Positions 29,049 through 37,011 of a stretch of 64,000 nt of DNA are shown one piece after another. Position 1 is the first letter of the stretch. Every line of letters starts with the position of its first letter. The notes under the pieces were generated by a model. That model worked only from the letters and a program-made list of their open reading frames with translations, was not told the DNA's origin and did no database searches. Source of the DNA: Treponemataceae bacterium (lineage in GTDB: Bacteria > Spirochaetota > Spirochaetia > Treponematales > Rectinemataceae); assembly GCA_963667725.2 (NCBI GenBank), contig CAXXHO010000005.1:992001-1056000 (forward strand), in the 5' to 3' direction. Position numbers and translations under genes: made by a program.

Positions 29049-30101
29049 GTGAGCGAGGAAGAAGGGCGGCACGTTCGCCGCAAGCGGTACAGGGGGAATC
29101 ATCCCCGCTCGTTTTCCGAGAAATACAAGGAACATGATCCGCAGAAATACGCTCAGGACCTCGAACGCGTCCTCGCGCGGGGCGACACGCCCGCGGGCAC
29201 TCACCGTTCCATAATGGTCAAGGAAATACTCGAAGCGCTTGCGCCGCGCCCGGGCGATACAGCCGTCGACGCGACCCTGGGCTACGGCGGCCACGCCAAG
29301 GAAATCCTGAAGGCGATTCTCCCCGGAGGACGGCTCTACGGTTTCGATCGCGATCCGCTGGAATTGAGGCGGACGACGGAACGGCTTTCCGCGTCGGTGA
29401 TTCCGCCTGAAGCCCCTGACGGCACCTTCGTTCCGGTGAACGCCAATTTTTCTACGATCGCCGAGTATTTCGCCGCCTCATGCATAGGCGGAGCCGATGT
29501 TTTCCTCGCCGATCTCGGCCTGTCTTCGATGCAGATCGACAATCCCGAGCGGGGATTCAGCTATAAGCAGAACGGGCCGCTCGACATGCGCATGAATTCG
29601 GAAAAAGGCCAGTCGGCCAGGGAATTCCTCGCCGAGGCGCCGGAAGGAAGGCTGCGCGACATCCTATCGGCCAATGCCGACGAGGCGATGGCGGCGGAAA
29701 TCGCCCGCGCGATTTGGCTCCGGCGCGGAAGCCTCGCCACGACGCGCGATCTGGCCGAAGCGATCTGTTCGGTTTTCCCCAAGCTCGCCTTCAAAGATCC
29801 CGAGATGACGAAAACCCTGCGCCGCTGCTTCCAGGCCATCCGCATCGAGGTGAACGGCGAGTTTTCCTCCCTCGAGACGCTTCTCGCAAGCCTCCCTTCC
29901 ATCCTGAAGCCGGGCGGCCGCGCCGCCTTCCTCTCCTTTCATTCGGGAGAAGACCGCCGCGTCGAAACCGCTTTCGAGGCCGGCCTGGCCAGCGGCCTTT
30001 ATTCTTTCGTGTCCACGGACGTCATCAGGCCCGGCCACGAAGAGCGCTACAACAACCCCCGCTCGACTTCCGCGAAACTTCGCTGGGCAATCCGCGCCTA
30101 A
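29049..30101 (+). CDS. rsmH: 16S rRNA m4C1402 methyltransferase RsmH family (stand-alone paralog with N-terminal extension)
   Basis: DATLGYGGH, DLGLSSMQID..RGFS..PLDMRM, FQAIRIEVN, SFHSGEDR, NPRS.SAKLR. Confidence 0.88.
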   Translation: MSEEEGRHVRRKRYRGNHPRSFSEKYKEHDPQKYAQDLERVLARGDTPAGTHRSIMVKEILEALAPRPGDTAVDATLGYGGHAKEILKAILPGGRLYGFDRDPLELRRTTERLSASVIPPEAPDGTFVPVNANFSTIAEYFAASCIGGADVFLADLGLSSMQIDNPERGFSYKQNGPLDMRMNSEKGQSAREFLAEAPEGRLRDILSANADEAMAAEIARAIWLRRGSLATTRDLAEAICSVFPKLAFKDPEMTKTLRRCFQAIRIEVNGEFSSLETLLASLPSILKPGGRAAFLSFHSGEDRRVETAFEAGLASGLYSFVSTDVIRPGHEERYNNPRSTSAKLRWAIRA

Positions 30102-30247
30102 GAATCGCCTCGAAATCGCGTTTATCCGCCGGCTGAAAAATTCTTCAAGAAATAATTTGACAAACCCCATCCCGTGCATTAAAAGAACATTGTCACGCCT
30201 CTCTGTCGCGAATTGGTTCTTGCGGGCAAAACCGCAGGGAGCGCATC

Positions 30248-30730
30248 ATGAAAAAAGCGATATGTCCGGTGCTGGTCATTGGGGCGTTTTGTGTCGGCTG
30301 TTCTCCCTTCGCGATCAATATCCAAGGCTACACCTATATCGAGGAAAACCTCCGCGACGCGTGGATCGATGTGGCTTCGCATAAATACATCAATGAGTAT
30401 CTCGAGTACTGGGCCAGCCCGATGGAGTTCGAGGCCAGGGGCGGCGGCGACTGCGAGGACTTTGCCTTCGCCTTGGTATACAGGCTCGGCAGAAGCGCTT
30501 CCTCCGTATGCGTCCTGAACCCAAAGGGCGGCTTTCACGAGATCGTGAAGTTCAAGGACCGCTATCTGGAGCCCCAGCGCTATGGAATGTACTACGACCC
30601 CAAAAACCTGACCATTCTCTGGGTGGCGGATTACGACAAAACGATGAGCATGGCGACCCTGTGGGGCGCGAAGCATGCGGACGCGGCGCCATCGCAGACG
30701 CCAACCTCCGGGCAGGCTCCGTTTCCGTAA
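30248..30730 (+). CDS. Lipoprotein with transglutaminase-like cysteine protease motif
   Basis: FCVGC lipobox-like motif; EYWASP.EF..RGGGDCEDFA, His downstream. Confidence 0.65.
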   Translation: MKKAICPVLVIGAFCVGCSPFAINIQGYTYIEENLRDAWIDVASHKYINEYLEYWASPMEFEARGGGDCEDFAFALVYRLGRSASSVCVLNPKGGFHEIVKFKDRYLEPQRYGMYYDPKNLTILWVADYDKTMSMATLWGAKHADAAPSQTPTSGQAPFP

Positions 30731-30838
30731 AACTTCATAAATAGTTCGCAACAAAATAAGTTGACACGTTTCAATTTCCATGGCAATAATGCTTCAACAG
30801 TCTGCCTGCTGCATGCAGGAGGACACAGGGAGGATCAG

Positions 30839-32143
30839 ATGAAGAAAAGGATTCTATCGCTTCTGCTTTTGTGCATGCTGGCGCTGTCGTTCACCGCGGC
30901 CCAGGGATCGAAGAAAATCGAGCTGACCTTTTTCTATCCGGTGCAGGTAGGCGGACCGCTTACCAAGCTCATAGAGAAAATCTGCGCCGACTTTACCGCC
31001 GAGAATCCGAATATCGTGGTGAAGCCAGTGTATACCGGCAATTACGATGACACCGTGGTCAAGATCCAAACCGCCAGATCGGGCAAGAATCCGCCAGAGG
31101 TGTTCGTCAACCTCGCGACCCAGCGCTTTTCCATGGCCTCCACGGGAACGGCGATCGCTCTCGACAGCCTGATCGCCGCGGACGGAGCGGCGGGAAAGGC
31201 CTATATCGGCGACTTCCTTCCCGGATTCATGGAAGATTCCTATGTCGACGGCAAAATCTACAGCATACCCTTCCAGAGAAGCACGATGGTGCTCTTCTAC
31301 AATAAAGACGCCTTCGCCGAAGTCGGCCTCAACCCCGAAGCTCCGCCCAAGACCTGGGATGAACTTGTCGAGTATTCGAAGAAACTCGTGAAGAAAGACG
31401 CGGCGGGCAACGTTACGCGCTACGGCGTGGGCATCGCTCTCAATTCCGGATCGGCTCAGTGGGCATTTACCGGCTTTGCCCTCCAGAACTCGGAAGACGG
31501 ACGCAACCTGATGAGCGAAGACGGGAAAAAGGTCTATTTCGACACTAAGGGCAACGTGGAAGCGCTCCAGTTCTGGTGCGATCTGCAGGCCAAGTACAAG
31601 GTCATGCAGCCCGGCATCGTGCAGTGGACCGATCTGCCCGGCCAGTTCATCAACGGATCCGTCGCCATGATCTACCACACGACCGGAAACCTGACGAACA
31701 TCAACAATAACGCCAAGTTCAAGTTCGGCACCGCGTTCCTTCCCGGCAGCAAGCGCGTCGCGGCGCCTACAGGCGGCGGTAACTTCTATATCTCCGCCGA
31801 TCTTCCCAAGGAACAGGAGCAGGCAGCGTGGAAGTTCATCAAATTCGCCACGGACGCCGAACGTCTGGCCCAGTGGAATGTCGACACCGGGTACGTGGCG
31901 CCCAGAAAGTCCTCTTTCCAAACCGCGATCATGAAGGCCTATTGGGCGAAAGTGCCTCAAGCCCGCGTAGCCTTTGACCAGATCCCCTTCGCCAAGCCGG
32001 AGTTGACTACCTATGAAGCTTCGAAAATGTGGCGAATTCTCAACGACAACATTCAGTCGGCCATAGTCGGTGACGCTACTCCGGCTCAGGCGCTCAAGAA
32101 TGCCCAGAAACAGGCTGAAGACGCCCTGAAACGCTATCAGTGA
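30839..32143 (+). CDS. Carbohydrate/glycerol-3-phosphate ABC substrate-binding protein (UgpB-like)
   Basis: Signal peptide; YTGNYDD, SIPFQRST..FYNKDAF..PPKTWDE, PTGGGN, TGY. Confidence 0.9.
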   Translation: MKKRILSLLLLCMLALSFTAAQGSKKIELTFFYPVQVGGPLTKLIEKICADFTAENPNIVVKPVYTGNYDDTVVKIQTARSGKNPPEVFVNLATQRFSMASTGTAIALDSLIAADGAAGKAYIGDFLPGFMEDSYVDGKIYSIPFQRSTMVLFYNKDAFAEVGLNPEAPPKTWDELVEYSKKLVKKDAAGNVTRYGVGIALNSGSAQWAFTGFALQNSEDGRNLMSEDGKKVYFDTKGNVEALQFWCDLQAKYKVMQPGIVQWTDLPGQFINGSVAMIYHTTGNLTNINNNAKFKFGTAFLPGSKRVAAPTGGGNFYISADLPKEQEQAAWKFIKFATDAERLAQWNVDTGYVAPRKSSFQTAIMKAYWAKVPQARVAFDQIPFAKPELTTYEASKMWRILNDNIQSAIVGDATPAQALKNAQKQAEDALKRYQ

Positions 32144-32174
32144 TTTTCTTCGCGCATCGAACGGTCTAGAATGG

Positions 32175-32220
32175 GAATGCAAGCGGCAAGGCTGAAAGAC
32201 TCTGCCGCTTTGCATTCTTT
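32175..32220 (+). terminator. Stem-loop after the SBP gene
   Basis: GAATGCAAGCGGCA...TGCCGCTTTGCATTC followed by TTT. Confidence 0.65.
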
Positions 32221-32256
32221 CATTATTCCAATACGCTTTTCATCCGGAGGACTACG

Positions 32257-33165
32257 GTGGCTCGGACCAGCAACGTTCGGAAAGGCCTTTCCAAGCAGCT
32301 TGAAATTGACTTAAAGGCCTGGCTCTTTATCGCTCCGGCCCTCGCTTTCATACTGACTTTTACGGTGTATCCGATCCTGCGGAGCCTTTGGCTCGGCATG
32401 AACCAGCTCGAGATGGGGATGCCTAAACCCTACTTCGTCGGATTTCAGAATTATGTACAGCTGGCGTCGGAACCCCTGTTCTGGAAGGTGATGCGGAACT
32501 CCTTCGCTTTTTCTCTTCTCACCGTCCTCCCGAGCATGGCATTGGGCATCGGTCTGGCTATAATCGTGAACAAGAAAATCAGGGGGGTCGGCTTTCTCCG
32601 GACCGCTTATTTTTATCCCGCGGTTATGCCCATGATCGCCATAGCGAGTACGTGGATGTTCATTTATATGGCTCAGTACGGCATGCTGGACCAGCTTCTC
32701 GCCAGCCTCGGCCTTAAGTCGCTCAACGTTCTCTCAAGCAAGAAGACCGTTCTTCCCGCCTTGTCGCTGATGTATATATGGAAAGAAGCGGGCTACCTGA
32801 TGATCTTTTTCCTTTCCGGGCTCCAGAACATTTCGACCGAAATTTATGAGGCCGCCAAGATCGACGGAGCCAGGCCCTGGACGACTTTCCGCAAGATCAC
32901 CCTGCCGCTGCTCGCCCCGACGATGCTATTCGTCTCCACGATCGCGCTGACCAACAGTCTCAAGCTCGTCGATCACATAGTCATCATGACCGAGGGAGCG
33001 CCGAACAACGCGAGCACCCTCCTCCTCTATTATATTTACCAACAGGGTTTCATCTATTTCGACCAGGGCAAGGCATCGTCGCTGACCGTGATCATGCTCG
33101 TCATAATGCTTACCGTCTCGATGCTGCAGTTCATCAAGACGGACACGAAAATTTACTACAACTGA
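32257..33165 (+). CDS. Carbohydrate ABC permease (UgpA-like)
   Basis: EIYEAAKIDGA..ITLPLL EAA motif. Confidence 0.9.
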   Translation: MARTSNVRKGLSKQLEIDLKAWLFIAPALAFILTFTVYPILRSLWLGMNQLEMGMPKPYFVGFQNYVQLASEPLFWKVMRNSFAFSLLTVLPSMALGIGLAIIVNKKIRGVGFLRTAYFYPAVMPMIAIASTWMFIYMAQYGMLDQLLASLGLKSLNVLSSKKTVLPALSLMYIWKEAGYLMIFFLSGLQNISTEIYEAAKIDGARPWTTFRKITLPLLAPTMLFVSTIALTNSLKLVDHIVIMTEGAPNNASTLLLYYIYQQGFIYFDQGKASSLTVIMLVIMLTVSMLQFIKTDTKIYYN

Positions 33166-33176
33166 GGAGGCGGATC

Positions 33177-33989
33177 TTGAAAAAGAATGAGAATATAATC
33201 CCCGCCACCCTCGGGTTCATCCTGGCTTTCGTCTGGCTCGTGCCTCTCGTGTGGCTGATCGGCACCGCCTTTTCCAAGGCGAGCTTCGCGATGTCCTTGG
33301 TGCCCAATTCGGGCTTCACGCTGGATAATATTATTTACGTATGGCAGAACGTTCCATTCGGCAAATACTACATGAACACGATCCTGATCGTCGTCGTCAC
33401 TTTCTCCGTCCAGTGCGTCACCGGCACGCTCGCGGCCTATGCGCTGGCGACGATGAAGTTCAGGGGCGAAAAGCTTGTCTTCCTCATAATATTCATCCAG
33501 ATCATCATACCGAATGACGTGCTCATCATCCCGAATTACCGAACGTTGAGCGATCTTAAACTGACCGACACGAAGCTGGGCATCATGCTGCCTTTCTTCG
33601 GCAGCGCCTTCGGTATTTTCCTTTTGCGGCAGACATTCAAGACTATTCCTCTGGCTTTGTCCGAGGCGGCGATAATCGATGGCTGCAGCACGTTGCAGAT
33701 CATCCGGAACATCTATCTGCCGAGTTCGAAAGCCGCCTATATATCCTTTGGCCTCGTCTCCGTGAGCTATCACTGGAATAATTTCCTGTGGCCGCTCATC
33801 GTGACCAATTCGCCCGAAAACAGGACGCTTACCGTCGGTTTGGCGCTCTTCGCCAAGTCCAAGGAAGCGGTGATGCAATGGGCCAATGTCTGCGCGGCCA
33901 CTTTCATCATAATTTTTCCGCTTGTCTTAGCGTTTTTCATCTTCCAGAAAAAATTCATAAACAGCTTCGTGAGCTCAGGCATTAAGTGA
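33177..33989 (+). CDS. Carbohydrate ABC permease (UgpE-like)
   Basis: LSEAAIIDG, WNNFLWPL. Confidence 0.9.
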   Translation: MKKNENIIPATLGFILAFVWLVPLVWLIGTAFSKASFAMSLVPNSGFTLDNIIYVWQNVPFGKYYMNTILIVVVTFSVQCVTGTLAAYALATMKFRGEKLVFLIIFIQIIIPNDVLIIPNYRTLSDLKLTDTKLGIMLPFFGSAFGIFLLRQTFKTIPLALSEAAIIDGCSTLQIIRNIYLPSSKAAYISFGLVSVSYHWNNFLWPLIVTNSPENRTLTVGLALFAKSKEAVMQWANVCAATFIIIFPLVLAFFIFQKKFINSFVSSGIK

Positions 33990-34007
33990 GCAAAAAAAGG
34001 ATCGGAT

Positions 34008-34709
34008 ATGGAGCTTGAATTCCTGGGATCAGGGGCAGCCTTCAACCCCATAATGGAGAATTCCAACGCGTATTTTCTGGCGGGCAATCGCTTCTTTCTC
34101 CTGGATTGCGGAGAGACGGCTTTCGGCAAGATATGGAGTCTTCCGGCGTACGTTGAGAGCGAAGAAGTCGTGGCGCTCATCACCCACCTGCACGCCGACC
34201 ATGTCGGCAGCCTCGGCTCCCTCATTTCCTACAGCTATTATGTCATGAAAAAGCCCGTGACCGTCGCCCATCCGCTGGATACCATCGTTCAACTTCTCGA
34301 TATTCTGGGGATAGATCGCGTCTGCTACCGCTTCCGGAAGCTGGAACAGGGGGAAACGGCGGAATTCGGGGGTGGCGTATCGGCAAAGCCTCTCATGGTG
34401 GATCATGTGGCCAACATGACCTGTTTCGGATACCTCCTATCGGATGAAGTCGAGAACATTTACTTCAGCGGGGACGCCAAATCGCTGCCGGGCGAAGTGC
34501 TTGAAGGATTGGCCAGCGGGAAGATCGATCGAGCCTACCAGGACACGAGCAACACGTTGAGCGATCATCCTACCCACGCGACCTTGGATTATCTGGAAAG
34601 GCTCATCCCCGAAAAATCGCGTGGCAAGGTGTACTGCATTCATCTGGACTACGATTACCGCGATCTCCTGGTTCGGAAGGGATTCAAAGTCGTCAACGTC
34701 AAGTTTTAA
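34008..34709 (+). CDS. Metallo-beta-lactamase fold hydrolase (RNase Z/phosphodiesterase-like)
   Basis: FLGSGAAF, LDCG, THLHADHVG, FSGD, terminal H. Confidence 0.88.
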   Translation: MELEFLGSGAAFNPIMENSNAYFLAGNRFFLLDCGETAFGKIWSLPAYVESEEVVALITHLHADHVGSLGSLISYSYYVMKKPVTVAHPLDTIVQLLDILGIDRVCYRFRKLEQGETAEFGGGVSAKPLMVDHVANMTCFGYLLSDEVENIYFSGDAKSLPGEVLEGLASGKIDRAYQDTSNTLSDHPTHATLDYLERLIPEKSRGKVYCIHLDYDYRDLLVRKGFKVVNVKF

Positions 34710-34713
34710 TCGA

Positions 34714-36900
34714 TCAGCGCCTGAACTGCTTCTCGTAAGTCTTTCGCGCCTTCTCGAGAGCCTCCGTCGACGAGAGGGCGCCGTTATAGGCGTTTTTCAC
34801 TTCAAGGCCCAGGATTCCAAGAAATCGCCGCTCGTCGAAAGGCGAAAAATCCGTAAAAGGCGTTCTCTGATTGGCCGAGAGGGCGAAGCAATCCTTGGCC
34901 AGGTCGAGCCAGGGATAGCTGTCGATGATCTCATAGTTTTCGTAGGACTTCCCGCAAGCGGAAACGCTTCCCAGCAACATCGACGCGGAGGAAATCGGCT
35001 CGCTCGACAGCCAGCGAATGAATGACAGAGCCAGCTCCGGATTCTTGCTGAAGCGCGAAACGCCGAGAGATCCGCCGCCTATGATCGGGCTTCCTCCAGG
35101 GACAAGAGCATAGCCTATCCGATTCACTACCTTGGAATTCCGGTTGAGGATATCAGACGCGAAATTGCTGTAGAGGATAGTCATCGCGACATTCCCTTCG
35201 CTGAATTCCATGGCCGCGTGCGTCCACCAGGGGCAGGGGACGGGCTTGGCGTACTGCCTGGCCTCGACGAGAGCGTCCAGCGCCATCCTGGCATTTTCCG
35301 TATCGAGAAGGAGCCGGCCGCCATCGTCGAAAAGATTCCTGGTGAGGCTGAAATAGCGCGTTAGGAATTCGGTGCCCGCGACGCCGGTGCTCCCGAGGGT
35401 TACCGTCGTGCCGTAATCGACGGGAGACTGCGCGTTGAACGATTTAGTGAAGAATCGCGCAACGCGGTTGTACTCCTCGAAGGTTGTTGGCGGGGCAAGG
35501 GGGTGCCGATAGGTCTCCTGATAAAGGCGCTTCAGGACGGTGCTTTCGAAAAGATCTTTCCTGTAGAAGAGGACCTGCGCGCTCGGGGAGATAGGGATCG
35601 CGTAGAACTTATCCTTGACGAAAAAATACTGTTTGCTGATTCCGCCGACGAAACTGTCGGGAGCCGAGGGTATCGATGGCGAAATATCCTGGAGGGGAAG
35701 TAGTATGCGACCCGCGAACCACGACAGCCATGTGACGTCGAGGCGCAGGACATCGTAAATGCTGGAATCATCCATACCCGAAAGGATCTCATGGATCTCG
35801 TCATATGATGACACCGACACATTCACCTTGATGCCAGTCGATTGAGTGTAGAGGAGAGCGAGATACTTCATGGCCGAAGCCTCGGGACTGTCCAAAGTGA
35901 GAAAGTTGATGCAATTGCCGTTATTGCGCGCGGCCGGCTTTGGGGCCGCCCAATCGCGAAACCCTGAGTTTTCGAGAATGACGCGATGTTCGGCCGTGCG
36001 ATGCCCGATATGAGAGATTAGAAGGTCGGCCGCGCGCTTGCCCATGAGGCGATAGTTGAGCTCGTACTTGATGAAATTCGGCTCGGGCATGGTGAAGAGC
36101 GGGGAGACAGTGTGAATTTTCGTGGTTGCCGGGCTGTAAAATGTTTTTAGTACATCGCGTATCGTATCGGCGAATCCAAAGTTCGATACGAAAACGCCTT
36201 CAGGACAGTCGTGGTCGAAGAGCTGCATCGCGTTCTGGTTCCGCCTGAACTGATCGGTCTGCATGTGACTGACGCTGACGCTTCTCTCGCCGCTGAAAAC
36301 GGCCATGAAGGCAGAGTAAAAATCCCTCTCGTTCGAAAATCCGAGGTTGTCGGTAACGAGCGCGAGCGATTTCATGCCTTGGCGCAGCGCGTACTCGGCC
36401 AAGGCCTTCCCGCTTTTTCCGTAATCGAAACCTATATAATTGCTGGGCTCATTCTGGCTTCGCTCGATGTAAAGGATGGAAGAATCATCGAACCCCGCCC
36501 TGCGATAATCCGCGATCATCTCGCTCGAACTGGGAAAGGCGACGATGCCCCTGGCCATGCTGGAACGGGCTTGGGTAATCATCCTGCGCTCGGTCTCAGG
36601 ATTATCGTTGGAGAGGTAGAGAAGTGTGGAGTAGCCTTTGCTCTTGGAAAAAGAGGTAAAGCTGCGGTAGAAATCGACATATTGCCTGAAGCGGATATTG
36701 GGCAGAATAACGGCGAAAATCCGGCTGTTGCCTTGCCGGAGCAGTTTTGCGCGCTCGTTGATCGCGTAGCCCAAGGCTGAGGCGGCAGCCTCCACAAGGC
36801 GGATCTTTTCGCTCGATACATTGCCTTTGCCGTTGATTACGTTAGAGACGGTTCCTTGGGAGACGCCCGCTTTCTTGGCTATGTCTTTTATTGTCGCCAT
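34714..36900 (-). CDS. LacI family regulator fused to a C-terminal solute-binding-protein domain
   Basis: MATIKDIAKKAGVSQGTVSNV HTH; ~330 aa LacI body, then YDVLRLDVTW..LFYRKDLF..PTTFEE..IGGGSLGV SBP_1-like domain. Confidence 0.87.
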   Translation of the reverse strand: MATIKDIAKKAGVSQGTVSNVINGKGNVSSEKIRLVEAAASALGYAINERAKLLRQGNSRIFAVILPNIRFRQYVDFYRSFTSFSKSKGYSTLLYLSNDNPETERRMITQARSSMARGIVAFPSSSEMIADYRRAGFDDSSILYIERSQNEPSNYIGFDYGKSGKALAEYALRQGMKSLALVTDNLGFSNERDFYSAFMAVFSGERSVSVSHMQTDQFRRNQNAMQLFDHDCPEGVFVSNFGFADTIRDVLKTFYSPATTKIHTVSPLFTMPEPNFIKYELNYRLMGKRAADLLISHIGHRTAEHRVILENSGFRDWAAPKPAARNNGNCINFLTLDSPEASAMKYLALLYTQSTGIKVNVSVSSYDEIHEILSGMDDSSIYDVLRLDVTWLSWFAGRILLPLQDISPSIPSAPDSFVGGISKQYFFVKDKFYAIPISPSAQVLFYRKDLFESTVLKRLYQETYRHPLAPPTTFEEYNRVARFFTKSFNAQSPVDYGTTVTLGSTGVAGTEFLTRYFSLTRNLFDDGGRLLLDTENARMALDALVEARQYAKPVPCPWWTHAAMEFSEGNVAMTILYSNFASDILNRNSKVVNRIGYALVPGGSPIIGGGSLGVSRFSKNPELALSFIRWLSSEPISSASMLLGSVSACGKSYENYEIIDSYPWLDLAKDCFALSANQRTPFTDFSPFDERRFLGILGLEVKNAYNGALSSTEALEKARKTYEKQFRR

Positions 36901-37011
36901 GGATCGCTCCAAATGTTGATCAGCATGCCCAATTATACCCTAAAAATGGGCTCTGTGGGTCGTGGAGTTTTTGGCAACGCGGAATTTGAAGATGAAGCAA
37001 GGCTTATGCCG

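Noticed and set aside
30227..30247. GGGCAAAACC..GCGCA resembling a c-di-GMP-I riboswitch
   Set aside because: Too short; lacks the P2 GNRA/receptor arm and the GCAAAG 3' element
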